From Gemmatimonadales bacterium (GTDB lineage Bacteria > Gemmatimonadota > Gemmatimonadetes > Gemmatimonadales > GWC2-71-9), in the NCBI GenBank assembly GCA_036556025.1, contig DATBKD010000033.1, positions 11,756 to 75,755 on the forward strand: a DNA stretch of 64,000 nt. The letters run 5' to 3'. Below, in pieces: positions 1 to 9,011 of this stretch. The notes beneath the pieces are model-generated. The model saw nothing but the letters and a program-made list of their open reading frames with translations. It did no database searches and was not told where the DNA came from. Numbering within the stretch: the stretch's first letter is position 1; each line of letters begins with the position of its first letter. The position numbers and the translations under genes are program-made.

Positions 1-192
1 CTGCGCTTCCTTGATCTGAGCCTTGCTCCACGCCGCATGATGCGCCATGGTCTGTTTGGATGCCGAAGCGGTCGCACCCGCATTGGACTTCATTGTAGAA
101 TCGTGTTTGCTCACGCTGGCCTGAGCATGAAGGCCGCCGGCCATCAGGGTGCTCAAGAGCGCAGCCACGGCAAGAGTCAACTTCCCGTTCAT
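1..192 (-). CDS. Secreted hypothetical protein, N-terminal part only (gene runs off the window start)
   Basis: Reverse-strand ATG at 192-190, 5 nt after AAGGAGG (rc of 198-204). Translation MNGKLTLAVAALLSTLMAGGLHAQASVSK... is a typical signal peptide. It is absent from the ORF track because no stop lies inside the window. Confidence 0.45.
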   Translation of the reverse strand, partial: MNGKLTLAVAALLSTLMAGGLHAQASVSKHDSTMKSNAGATASASKQTMAHHAAWSKAQIKEAQ

Positions 193-253
193 ACCATCCT
201 CCTTGAAGGGTGCGGCGGCGGTGATGCTTGCCGCGGTGACGCGCGTGTGAAAG

Positions 254-268
254 GCAATCGACATGCCA
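254..268 (-). promoter_or_regulatory. Sigma54 (-24/-12) promoter candidate for the secreted-protein gene at <=192
   Basis: The reverse strand reads TGGCATGTCGATTGCC, i.e. TGGCAT-N5-TTGC with GG-N10-GC spacing, against the consensus TGGCAC-N5-TTGC. It sits about 60 nt upstream of the ATG at 192 and directly downstream of a sigma54-dependent activator gene. Confidence 0.6.
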
Positions 269-340
269 TGGTGAACGGCGTGGAGAGCGCGACATATGGA
301 AGGGAAGGGCGGCGGCCGGCCGCAGGTCAGCTATTCTGTC

Positions 341-373
341 GTGCCAATCTGTCCCGACAGGACAGACTGGCAC
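341..373. promoter_or_regulatory. 33-bp near-perfect palindrome: putative enhancer (UAS) for the NtrC-type activator and/or operon-end hairpin
   Basis: GTGCCA-A-TCTGTCC-CGACA-GGACAGA-C-TGGCAC. It starts 1 nt after the activator gene stop (374-376) and is centred about 90 bp upstream of the -24 element at 266-267. Confidence 0.5.
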
Positions 374-1801
374 TCATCCGTGACGGCGGGGCAGGCCCCA
401 GCGTTGAATCATCCGGCTCAGCGTGCGGCGTGAGATCCCCAGAATCCGGGCGCTCTCTTCCCGGTTACCTCCGGTCAGGCCGAGGACGCGCAGCACGTGC
501 TCGCGGTCGACCTCTTCGAGCGAGCGCAACGGGCTGGGCTCGGGTGAGGCCGGAGGAGCGCTGGGCCCGACCGGTGACGAGGCTCCCGGCCGGACTTCAG
601 GGGGCAGGTGCTCCGGACCGATCACATCCTGCTCGGCCAGCAGCATGGAGCGCTCCAGCACGTTCTGCAGCTCGCGGATGTTGCCGGGCCAGGAGTAGCC
701 GAGGAGCCGGTATTGCGCGTCGGGATCCACCGCAACCGGGCCACGCCCGTGACGGGCCGCCAGCTCGCGGAGGAAATGGTCGATGAGCAGAGGGATATCC
801 TGCCGGCGTTCGCGCAGTGGTGGGAGCACCAGCGTCACGACATTGAGTCGGTAGTAGAGATCTTCCCGGAAGCGGCCCTGCCTCACCAACTCCGGCAACT
901 CCCGGTGGGTTGCCGCCAACACGCGCACATCCACATGAACCGCTGTCTCGGCGCCGACCGGGACGATCTCATGCTCCTGGAGCACCCGAAGCAGACGGGC
1001 CTGCAGCCCCGGCGATATGTCCCCGATCTCGTCGAGGAACAGCGTGCCATGATCGGCCTCGCGAAACAGTCCCGGCCGGGACCCGGCGGCCCCAGTGAAG
1101 GCGCCGCGCACGTGTCCGAACAGCTCGCTCTCCAGCAACCCCTCGGCCAAAGCGGAACAGTTGACGGCCACGAAGCGCCGCTCCGCGCGGTCGGAGAAGC
1201 GGTGAATGGTGCGCGCCACCAGCTCCTTCCCCGTCCCCGTCTCCCCGACGACCAGTACCGTCGCCTGCGAGGGTGCGACCCGGGCAAGCGTCTTCATCAC
1301 CTGGATGATCGCGGGGCTGTGCCCCACCAGCGCCGGCTCGACCGATGGCCGGGAGTCCCCGGATTCCAGCCCGCCGGGTGAACCCTGCGATCGGCTGATG
1401 CTGACCAGGCGCCGCCGGCCGAGTGCCCGGCCCAGGGTCTCTCGCAGCGCCGCGATATCGTACGGCTTGCTGATGAAGTCATAGGCTCCGGCTCGGATGG
1501 CCTCGCCTGCGGCAGTCGCATCTCCGAAAGCGGTGAGGACCAGGACCAGCGCCGCCGGATCCCGTTCGCGCACGATTCGGAGGAGATCCAGGCCACTGGT
1601 GCGGGGCATCCGGAGGTCGGTCAGGATGGCGTCGAACGGCCCGGACTCCTCCAGCAGGGCAAGCGCCTCGTCGGCAGAGAGGGTCGGCACCACTTCATAC
1701 GACTCTCGTTGCAGCACTTCGGCCAGGAGCCGGCAGGCCGCTTCATCGTCGTCGACCAGAAGGAGCCGGGGGTGTGTCGGCGAGGGCAGGGTGTTGGTCA
1801 C
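374..1801 (-). CDS. Sigma54-dependent Fis-family response regulator (NtrC-type bacterial enhancer-binding protein)
   Basis: ORF 374..2128 trimmed to the GTG at 1801-1799, which overlaps the upstream kinase stop as GTGA. Receiver domain (LLLVDDDEAACRLL...DLRMP), AAA+ domain (GETGTGKELVARTIH, ESELFGH, GAFTGA motif) and C-terminal HTH (ARILGISRRTLSRMI). Confidence 0.9.
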   Translation of the reverse strand: MTNTLPSPTHPRLLLVDDDEAACRLLAEVLQRESYEVVPTLSADEALALLEESGPFDAILTDLRMPRTSGLDLLRIVRERDPAALVLVLTAFGDATAAGEAIRAGAYDFISKPYDIAALRETLGRALGRRRLVSISRSQGSPGGLESGDSRPSVEPALVGHSPAIIQVMKTLARVAPSQATVLVVGETGTGKELVARTIHRFSDRAERRFVAVNCSALAEGLLESELFGHVRGAFTGAAGSRPGLFREADHGTLFLDEIGDISPGLQARLLRVLQEHEIVPVGAETAVHVDVRVLAATHRELPELVRQGRFREDLYYRLNVVTLVLPPLRERRQDIPLLIDHFLRELAARHGRGPVAVDPDAQYRLLGYSWPGNIRELQNVLERSMLLAEQDVIGPEHLPPEVRPGASSPVGPSAPPASPEPSPLRSLEEVDREHVLRVLGLTGGNREESARILGISRRTLSRMIQRWGLPRRHG

Positions 1802-3366
1802 AAGGTCTCCACTCGTGGCAGGGTCAGCCGCCAGCGCACGCCGGAGGGGCTGGGGACACGAACCAGGTCGCCGCCGAGGGTGCGCGCCAGCCGGAGACTT
1901 ACTGCAAGACCCAAACCGGTTCCCGCCGGTCCCTTCGTGGTCGAGAATGGCCGGAAGAGGTTGGACTCCGCTTCGGCATCGAGGCCCGGCCCCTCGTCCA
2001 CCACATCGATGTAGGCGTGCCGCTCCGCCCGCCCGGTGAAGACCGTGACCCGCTCCCCCTGCGAGAGTGCCTCCATTGCGTTCTTGAGCAGGTTGAGCAG
2101 GATCTGCTCCACCATCGCGGGATCGCAACTGGCCAGGACCGGTGATGGCGAGTGGTCCCCGTTGAGGGGCAGTTCCAGCCGTGCCGTTACCCCCGCGTCG
2201 CTGAATGACGGCTCCAGGAATCGGAGCATCCGGCCGGCAATCTCGTTGAGATCTACCTCCTCCATAAAGGGCTTGGGCCAGGCGCCGCGGTTGAGGCCGG
2301 CTCGCACGATTCCGGCCACTCGGTCCATCTGAGCCAGCAGCAGGCGGACTCGCTCCACTCCGGCTTGATCCTGCTGGGCCTCGAAGTCGTCCCGCAGCAA
2401 TTGGAGATGGCCACTGACCGTGTTCAAAGGGGTGCCGATCTCGTGGGCAAAGCTCGCGGCCGTTTCATGCATGAGGGCGGCTCGATCCAGGCCCCGGGCC
2501 CGCTCTTCCAGAGTGAGGAGCATGGCCCGAGCCGCGCTCTCCTGTTCCCGGTCCGCCAAGGCCTCGCGCATCCGATTGTATCGCCGGGCCAGCTCCCGGA
2601 ACTCTGGTGGACCGATCTCCGGAGCCGGGGGAGCTCCCTGGGCACCGCCGTGGGCCGCCGCCATCGCACGGCCGATAGCCCCCAGTGGCTGGCCGACCCA
2701 GCGGGCCGTCAGCACCGCGACGCCCAACGAGACCAGAAGGGCCGACATCAGCGCGAGCAGGTAGGCGCGCTGGCGCTCCTGCCGGGCCCAGTCCTGGAGC
2801 CTGCGAATGGAGACTCGCACCTCGAGCACCCCATAGGGACGTACCGATCCGAGGGGCAGCAGCACCTGCCAGCCGGGTTGATCGCCATGGAGCAGCCGGA
2901 CCACTGAGGTCCGCCGGCTCAGAACCTGACGGGCGACATCGGGCACGGGCGACGAATCCGCAAAGCCGCTTCGAGCTGCCAGGACCAGATTCGGTCCCTG
3001 CTGGACGTAGACCGCAGCCCGGGACTCGGCAATCCGGTGGCGGGACAGTCCCTCGAGGCCTTGGGCGAGGCTCGCGGGGTTGCCCGTTGGCGCGATCCGG
3101 ACTAGGAGCGAAGCCAAGGTATTGGCCAACGCCACCGATTCCAGGCGGAAATCTTCCAGCCTGGTGCGAGCCGACCAAGAGAGGGCGATCTCGGTCGCGC
3201 CGAGCACCAGAAGCACCGCCATGATGGCCGTGAGAAAGGCCAGCCGGCGCGCCAGGCCCAGAGGCGGGTGATGCAGCTCGGGGCCCACCCTTGGCGTCAA
3301 GCTGGCGCCCGATTTCCTCTCCGCGGCGGTCCGGCTCCGCCGCGGCAGTCGCGTGGTGATGGTCAC
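1798..3366 (-). CDS. Sensor histidine kinase (membrane, HAMP-like linker, HisKA, HATPase_c)
   Basis: N-terminal hydrophobic segments. H-box FAHEIGTPLNTVSGHLQLL. ATPase boxes LLNLLKNAMEA, DEGPGL, GTGLGLAVS. GTGA overlap with the upstream gene at 3363-3366. Confidence 0.85.
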   Translation of the reverse strand: MTITTRLPRRSRTAAERKSGASLTPRVGPELHHPPLGLARRLAFLTAIMAVLLVLGATEIALSWSARTRLEDFRLESVALANTLASLLVRIAPTGNPASLAQGLEGLSRHRIAESRAAVYVQQGPNLVLAARSGFADSSPVPDVARQVLSRRTSVVRLLHGDQPGWQVLLPLGSVRPYGVLEVRVSIRRLQDWARQERQRAYLLALMSALLVSLGVAVLTARWVGQPLGAIGRAMAAAHGGAQGAPPAPEIGPPEFRELARRYNRMREALADREQESAARAMLLTLEERARGLDRAALMHETAASFAHEIGTPLNTVSGHLQLLRDDFEAQQDQAGVERVRLLLAQMDRVAGIVRAGLNRGAWPKPFMEEVDLNEIAGRMLRFLEPSFSDAGVTARLELPLNGDHSPSPVLASCDPAMVEQILLNLLKNAMEALSQGERVTVFTGRAERHAYIDVVDEGPGLDAEAESNLFRPFSTTKGPAGTGLGLAVSLRLARTLGGDLVRVPSPSGVRWRLTLPRVETL

Positions 3367-4277
3367 ACCGGCTCGGTTGCCCCGGCCCGAAGCAGTTCCC
3401 TCAGGCCGTGTCGCCCCAGCAGCAGCAGGCCGACTGCCAGGACCGGAAATACCTGCACCGCCTGAAGCGCGAGACCGGCAGCCACCACCTGGCTGCCTGG
3501 GAGGTGGAGTGGACGAAGCGCTAGCGCAACCGCTCCCTGCAGCACGCCAACATTACCGGGGGTAAGCCGCAACAATCCTCCGACGTTCGACAGGACCACT
3601 GCCGTCACCGAGTGCCCCGGATTGAGGGGCACTCCGGTGGCGGCAATCGCCCAATGATACCCCGCCCACTGCAACAGCCATGCGATCCCCGCAATCAGGA
3701 TCGGGACCATCAGGCTGGTGAGCGGCAGGCCCGGCCGACTGTCGGGGGCCTGGCCCGCGGCCCCGACCAGTCGGGAGCGCCAGACAATCAGGACCGATCC
3801 GGCCGCGAGAGCCGCCCCGGCGGCACCCAGGTACCAGCCGGGGCGGGCAAACCCGCCAACCGCCAGCGTTACAAGGAGAATGCCCAGAGCAGCCGCCTCG
3901 ACGAAACGGCTCGCGAGAATGGATCGGGCGGCGGTCATCGCCGGTACCCCATCGTAGCTCGCGACCAGGTGCATCCGTGCGGCTTCGCCGCTCACGGCGA
4001 CGCTGACCGTATTGACCGCCGCTCCCGCGTAGGTGGCCGCCAGCGTGCTGCGAAGCCGTACCGGCGCAATGCCCAGAAGCAGCAGATGCCAGGCGGCTCC
4101 CTTGGCGGCGAACGACAGCAAGTTGGCAATACCCGCGAGACCCAGAAGACTCCAGTTCGCCTGCAGGATCGTTCCCCAGGTGTCCTGCCATGGAAAACTG
4201 GAGGCGAATCGCGCACCAAACGCAAGCACCACGATCGCGAGGATCCACACCCACCACCGACGCATTATCTCCAACAC
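3363..4277 (-). CDS. Polytopic membrane protein, UPF0104 / lysyl-PG-synthase-TM-like (flippase-like) family
   Basis: About 8 hydrophobic helices. The pattern WxxLLLG...GEAARM resembles the LPG_synthase_TM family. First gene of the coupled three-gene operon. An alternative ATG lies at 4265. Confidence 0.55.
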   Translation of the reverse strand: MLEIMRRWWVWILAIVVLAFGARFASSFPWQDTWGTILQANWSLLGLAGIANLLSFAAKGAAWHLLLLGIAPVRLRSTLAATYAGAAVNTVSVAVSGEAARMHLVASYDGVPAMTAARSILASRFVEAAALGILLVTLAVGGFARPGWYLGAAGAALAAGSVLIVWRSRLVGAAGQAPDSRPGLPLTSLMVPILIAGIAWLLQWAGYHWAIAATGVPLNPGHSVTAVVLSNVGGLLRLTPGNVGVLQGAVALALRPLHLPGSQVVAAGLALQAVQVFPVLAVGLLLLGRHGLRELLRAGATEPV

Positions 4278-4442
4278 ACGTCTCCCCGGAGGAGATGGCC
4301 TGTCCCCAAAGATGGGGGTGAGGACATACCTTTCGCACGCTTCCCGTCCGCCCTAGGCGCCATTCTGTCTTGTGCGCTGGTACGGCCGGGTCAATCTGTC
4401 GCACGCCCCCTGCCTCCCACCGATTCGCACGGGAGCCGCACT

Positions 4443-6176
4443 GTGCTGGTGCCGAAGCTGTTCACTACGCTCAAGACCTACACCCGGGCCCAATTCCTCG
4501 CCGATCTCACCGCCGGCATCATCGTGGGCATCGTGGCGCTGCCATTGGCTATCGCCTTTGCCATCGCCAGCGGCGTAACTCCGGAGAAGGGCCTTTACAC
4601 CGCTGTCATCGCCGGGTTCCTCATCTCGGCGCTGGGTGGCTCTCGGGTACAGATCGGCGGCCCGACCGGAGCATTCGTCGTGATCGTCTATGGAATCGTG
4701 CAGCAGTACGGCATCGATGGCCTCACCGTCGCGACCCTGATGGCCGGCGTGATCCTCATTGGGTTTGGGGTGGCCAAGCTGGGCACGGCGATCAAATTCA
4801 TTCCCTTTCCGGTGGTCACCGGATTCACAGCGGCGATCGGCGCCATCATCGTCGTCCAGCAGCTCCGCGACGCCCTGGGCCTCCGACTGGCGAAGGCGCC
4901 CGCCGAGGTGCTCGAGCGCCTGAGCGCGTATGCCGAGCGAATCGAGACGGTCAACCCCTATGCTGTCGGGGTGACGGTGGCAACCCTCCTCATCGTGCTG
5001 TACTGGCCCCGGATCAGCCGGACCGTCCCGGCGCCCTTTGTGGCCCTGATCGCGACCACTCTCGCGGTCCAGGTGCTTGCCTTACCGGTCGAGACGATCG
5101 GCAGTCGGTTTGGTCAGATCTCCGCTGGCCTGCCGCATCCCCACATCCCAATGATCGCGCTCGCCGACCTGCGAAGGCTGGTTGCACCGGCGTTCACCAT
5201 TGCAGCGCTGGGCGCGATCGAGTCCCTGCTTTCGGCGGTGGTGGCCGACGGCATGATCGGCGGCCGCCATCGCTCCAACATGGAGCTGGTCGCCCAGGGC
5301 GTAGCCAACATTGCCTCACCGCTATTCGGCGGCATTCCGGCCACCGGAGCGATTGCCCGGACCGCCACCAACATCAAGAGCGGCGGCCGGACCCCGGTCG
5401 CGGGGTTGGTGCACGCGCTCACGCTCCTCCTCATCACGCTCTTCTTTGGTCGTTGGGCGGCGCTCATTCCGCTGGCGACGTTGGCGGCGATTGTCTTGGT
5501 CGTGGCCTACCGGCTGAGCGAGTGGCGGGTGTTCGGGATGGAGCTCCGCGCGCCCAAGAGCGATGCCATCGTCATGGTGACCACCTTCTTGCTCACGGTA
5601 TTGGTCGACCTTACCACCGCGATCAGCGTGGGGATGGTCCTTGCCGCCTTCCTCTTCATGAAACGGATGGCCGAGGTGACCAACGTCACCATGGTCACAC
5701 GCGAGTTCGAGGAGCCGGCGTTGGTGAAGGGCGATGATGCCGGTGCGATCTTCCGGCGCACCATTCCACCGGGGGTGGAAGTCTACGAGATCAACGGCCC
5801 CTTCTTCTTCGGCGCGGCGGAGAAGTTCAAGGACACCCTCTCGCAGGTGTCCAAGAAGCCTCGCGTCCTCATTATCCGGATGCGGAACGTGCCGGCCATC
5901 GATTCCACCGCGATCCACGCGCTCCGCGACCTGACTCGTCGTACTCGGCGGGATGGAACCCGGGTTTTGTTGTCGGACGTGCACTCCCAGCCGCTGGTGG
6001 CCCTCGAACGGTCCGAGCTGCTGGACGAAATCGGCGAAGATCAGGTCTTCGGGAACGTGGACGACGCCCTCCAGGCCGCGCGGGCCCATCTTGGACTCGG
6101 CGTGGATGTCAAGCAATCCGTCGTCGCGCCAACGGTTGCAGCGGGAGAGCGTCCGGCATCGCGTGACACACCATGA
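4443..6176 (+). CDS. SulP-family anion (sulfate/bicarbonate) permease with C-terminal STAS domain
   Basis: ORF 3612..6176 trimmed to the GTG at 4443. Contains DLTAGIIVGIVALPLAIAFAIASG and GGPTGAFVVIV plus many TM helices. STAS tail (VEVYEINGPFFFGAAEKF...VLIIRMRNVPAIDSTA). Confidence 0.85.
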   Translation: MLVPKLFTTLKTYTRAQFLADLTAGIIVGIVALPLAIAFAIASGVTPEKGLYTAVIAGFLISALGGSRVQIGGPTGAFVVIVYGIVQQYGIDGLTVATLMAGVILIGFGVAKLGTAIKFIPFPVVTGFTAAIGAIIVVQQLRDALGLRLAKAPAEVLERLSAYAERIETVNPYAVGVTVATLLIVLYWPRISRTVPAPFVALIATTLAVQVLALPVETIGSRFGQISAGLPHPHIPMIALADLRRLVAPAFTIAALGAIESLLSAVVADGMIGGRHRSNMELVAQGVANIASPLFGGIPATGAIARTATNIKSGGRTPVAGLVHALTLLLITLFFGRWAALIPLATLAAIVLVVAYRLSEWRVFGMELRAPKSDAIVMVTTFLLTVLVDLTTAISVGMVLAAFLFMKRMAEVTNVTMVTREFEEPALVKGDDAGAIFRRTIPPGVEVYEINGPFFFGAAEKFKDTLSQVSKKPRVLIIRMRNVPAIDSTAIHALRDLTRRTRRDGTRVLLSDVHSQPLVALERSELLDEIGEDQVFGNVDDALQAARAHLGLGVDVKQSVVAPTVAAGERPASRDTP

Positions 6177-6227
6177 ACCTATCGGTAATCCGCTTGCCTC
6201 CACCCCAGCCCCTGGCGACCTTTCAGC

Positions 6228-7271
6228 ATGGATCCGGACATCCTGCTCGCGGAGCTGCTGGCCGGAAAGACGGCCGCGCTGGCGCGTGGGATCTCAGTCG
6301 TTGAAAATGCGCGTCCTGGGTTTGAACGGCTGCTGGCTGGGGTGCATCCCTCGCTCGGCCGGGCTCGGCGCATCGGCATCACGGGGCCTCCGGGGGCCGG
6401 CAAGTCCACGCTGGTGGAACGCCTGATCGGCGGGTACCGGGGGCAGAACCTTCGAGTCGGGGTAGTCGCCGTAGATCCCACCAGTCCATTCACCGGCGGC
6501 GCCTTGTTGGGCGACCGCATCCGAATGGAATCCGTCGCGCTCGACGAGGGCGTGTACATCCGCTCGATGGCCAGCCGCGGATCTCTCGGCGGTCTCGCCA
6601 CCACCACCCGCGAAGTATGTGATCTCCTCGATGCTGCCGGCTTCGACCGCATTCTGGTCGAAACCGTCGGAGTGGGGCAGTCCGAACTCGACATCAGCCG
6701 CATGGCCGACTGCACCGTACTCATGCTGGTGCCGGAATCGGGCGATGGCATTCAGACGCTGAAGTCAGGGGTTATGGAAGCGGCCGATATCTTTGTGGTC
6801 AACAAGTCCGATCGCCCAGGCGCAGACAAGTTGCGCCAGGAGATCGAAGTGACCCTGGGCATCCGCCGGGGCAACGCGTTCCGCCACGTTCCGGCACACC
6901 ACGGCTTGCGGGGTAGTCCGAGTCCTGGCTCGGGTCGAGCCGTAGACAGCACCGAGGATGCGAAGTGGCGCCATCCCGTGATTCTCACGGTGGCAGCGAA
7001 GGGTGAGGGAGTGGCTGATTTGCTGGCTGCGCTTGACCGGCATCACGAGTGGCTTGCTCGAAGCGGTGAGCTGGCGCAGCGTCGCCGCCGCCGTCTGTTC
7101 GAACGCACCAGAGAGGTGGTTGACCGGGCAGTGCGGCGGTGGACTTGGGAGGAGACCCGGGCCGAGCAACTCATCGCCGAGCGAATGGACGAGGTGATGC
7201 AGGGCCGGTTGAGTCCCTACGACTTGGCAGGAGAGGTCCTCGACGGGCTCAAGCAAGGTGCGCGGACATGA
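6228..7271 (+). CDS. meaB: Methylmalonyl-CoA-mutase-associated G3E GTPase MeaB/ArgK
   Basis: P-loop GITGPPGAGKSTLVE, VVAVDPTSPFTGGALLGDRIRM and VNKSD. The stop overlaps the mutase start as ATGA (7268-7271). Confidence 0.9.
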   Translation: MDPDILLAELLAGKTAALARGISVVENARPGFERLLAGVHPSLGRARRIGITGPPGAGKSTLVERLIGGYRGQNLRVGVVAVDPTSPFTGGALLGDRIRMESVALDEGVYIRSMASRGSLGGLATTTREVCDLLDAAGFDRILVETVGVGQSELDISRMADCTVLMLVPESGDGIQTLKSGVMEAADIFVVNKSDRPGADKLRQEIEVTLGIRRGNAFRHVPAHHGLRGSPSPGSGRAVDSTEDAKWRHPVILTVAAKGEGVADLLAALDRHHEWLARSGELAQRRRRRLFERTREVVDRAVRRWTWEETRAEQLIAERMDEVMQGRLSPYDLAGEVLDGLKQGART

Positions 7272-8980
7272 CGACCTGGGAAGCCGGAGTGAATTCCGAC
7301 CTGGCGGCTCGGCTGGCACAGCAGGAACAGGAGATTGAGCGGCTGCGGGCTCAGGTGGCGGCCTGGCGAGCCCTCGCCAGCAAGCTCCCGGTCCGGGAGG
7401 ACGCCAGCTTTATCACGGTCTCGGGGCGATCGGTCGAGCCGGTGTACACTCCGCTGGACCTTCCCATCGATCTCATTTCGGCGTCCGGGCTCCCGGGCGA
7501 GTATCCCTTCACCCGGGGTATCCACCCCACCATGTATCGGGGCAGGCTCTGGACCATGCGGCAGTTCGCCGGGTTCGGAACCGCCGAAGACACCAACGCT
7601 CGCTACAAGTTCCTTCTGGAACGAGGGCAGACCGGACTCTCGGTGGCCTTCGATTTTCCCACCTTGATGGGTTACGACTCGGACCATCCTCGAGCGGAAG
7701 GAGAGGTCGGCAAGTGCGGGGTGGCGGTTTCCAGTCTGGCCGATATGGAGACCCTGTTCGCCGGCATCCCGCTGGACCAGGTGTCCACCTCGATGACCAT
7801 CAATGGCCCCGCCGCGATGTTGTTTTGCTTCTACGTCGCGGCGGCCGAGCGGCAGGGCGTGCCCATCGAGCAGCTCCAGGGGACCATCCAGAATGACATC
7901 CTCAAGGAGTACATGGCCCAGCACGCCTGGATTTTTCCGGCGGAGCCTGCCCTCAAGATCATTGTGGATCTGTTCGCCTGGGCTGCCGAGCACACCCCGC
8001 GGTGGAACACTATCTCGATCTCCGGCTACCATATTCGCGAGGCCGGTGCCACCGCCGCGCAGGAGCTGGCGTTCACTCTGGCAAACGGGTTCTGCTACGT
8101 CGAGCACGGCCTGGCGCGCGGGCTCGACGTGGATCGATTTGCGCCTAGGCTTTCCTTCTTCTGGGACGTGCACAACGACTTCTTGGAGGAGATCGCCAAG
8201 CTGCGCGCTGCCCGCCGCATCTGGGCTCGTCACATGCGCGAGCGCTACGGGGCCAAGGACCCGCGCAGCTGGAAGATGCGTTTCCATTGTCAGACCGCTG
8301 GGGTGACGCTCACCGCACAACAGCCCCACAACAACGTGGTGCGGGTTGCGTATCAGGCGCTGGCCGCCGTCCTGGGCGGTACCCAGTCGCTGCACACGAA
8401 CGCGCTGGACGAGACCCTCGCACTTCCCACCGAAGAGTCGGTGCGGATCGCGCTTCGCACCCAGCAGATCCTGGCTTACGAGACTGGCATTCCCAATGTC
8501 GCGGACCCCTTGGGCGGGTCGTATTATCTCGAGTCGCTGACCGACAGTTTGGAGCGTGAAGCGGAAGGACTCTTCGCCGAGATCGAAGTGCAAGGTGGCG
8601 TCGTCCGCGCCATCGAGTCAGGCTGGTTCCAGCGCCAGATTGCTCAGTCCTCGATGCGCTTCCAATCGGAGTTGGAACAGGGGCGCCGGATCATCGTGGG
8701 GATCAACGATTTCGTCGAGGAGGCGGAGGCACCGGTCGAAATCCTGAAAGTCGGCGATGCCGCGGAGCGGACTCAGCGGGAACGACTGAGCCGGCTGCGT
8801 GACTGTCGTGATGCCGGGTTGGTGCGGGAGCGGCTGGACGCGCTGCGCAGCGCTGCCGGAGATGATCGCAACGTCATACCTGCCATGCTGGATGCCGCAC
8901 GGGCGTACTGCACCCTATTCGAAATCCGGCATGTGCTTGAGGAAATTTATGGCAACTACCGTGAGCCGATATTCTTCTGA
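7268..8980 (+). CDS. B12-dependent acyl-CoA mutase, large (substrate-binding TIM-barrel) subunit of a split enzyme
   Basis: Contains FTRGIHPTMYRGRLWTMRQFAGFG, GLSVAFDFPTLMGYDSD, ISISGYHIREAGATA and RFHCQTAGVTLTAQQPHNNVVR. There is no B12 domain in this ORF; that domain is encoded separately at 10271. Confidence 0.9.
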   Translation: MTTWEAGVNSDLAARLAQQEQEIERLRAQVAAWRALASKLPVREDASFITVSGRSVEPVYTPLDLPIDLISASGLPGEYPFTRGIHPTMYRGRLWTMRQFAGFGTAEDTNARYKFLLERGQTGLSVAFDFPTLMGYDSDHPRAEGEVGKCGVAVSSLADMETLFAGIPLDQVSTSMTINGPAAMLFCFYVAAAERQGVPIEQLQGTIQNDILKEYMAQHAWIFPAEPALKIIVDLFAWAAEHTPRWNTISISGYHIREAGATAAQELAFTLANGFCYVEHGLARGLDVDRFAPRLSFFWDVHNDFLEEIAKLRAARRIWARHMRERYGAKDPRSWKMRFHCQTAGVTLTAQQPHNNVVRVAYQALAAVLGGTQSLHTNALDETLALPTEESVRIALRTQQILAYETGIPNVADPLGGSYYLESLTDSLEREAEGLFAEIEVQGGVVRAIESGWFQRQIAQSSMRFQSELEQGRRIIVGINDFVEEAEAPVEILKVGDAAERTQRERLSRLRDCRDAGLVRERLDALRSAAGDDRNVIPAMLDAARAYCTLFEIRHVLEEIYGNYREPIFF

Positions 8981-9011
8981 GGGTACGAGAGCGGTGGCAG
9001 GACGGGAGCGC

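Noticed and set aside
341-373. TGGCAC arms of the palindrome considered as sigma54 -24 elements
   Set aside because: Neither arm is followed by a GC at the required 10-nt spacing: the reverse strand reads TGGCACGACAGAATAGC, with the GC 2 nt out of register. The real -24/-12 match is at 254-268, so the palindrome is better explained as a UAS or hairpin.
37-786. 249-aa plus-strand ORF at the window start
   Set aside because: It overlaps the minus-strand secreted-protein gene, the sigma54 promoter region and the 3' end of the activator gene. Its composition is Arg/Gly/Ala-rich with no motifs.
3612-4442. 277-codon N-terminal extension of the SulP ORF. Analogous 5' extensions occur at 7139-7267, 8799-9011, 10560-10724, 16738-16989, 20962-21762, 38189-38968, 41195-41497, 43871-44041, 48250-48375 and 57953-58030.
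   Set aside because: The extensions overlap upstream genes or opposite-strand genes. They are Arg/Pro/Gly-rich and precede the point where family-conserved sequence begins. Internal starts that give 4-nt overlaps or have SD sequences fit better.
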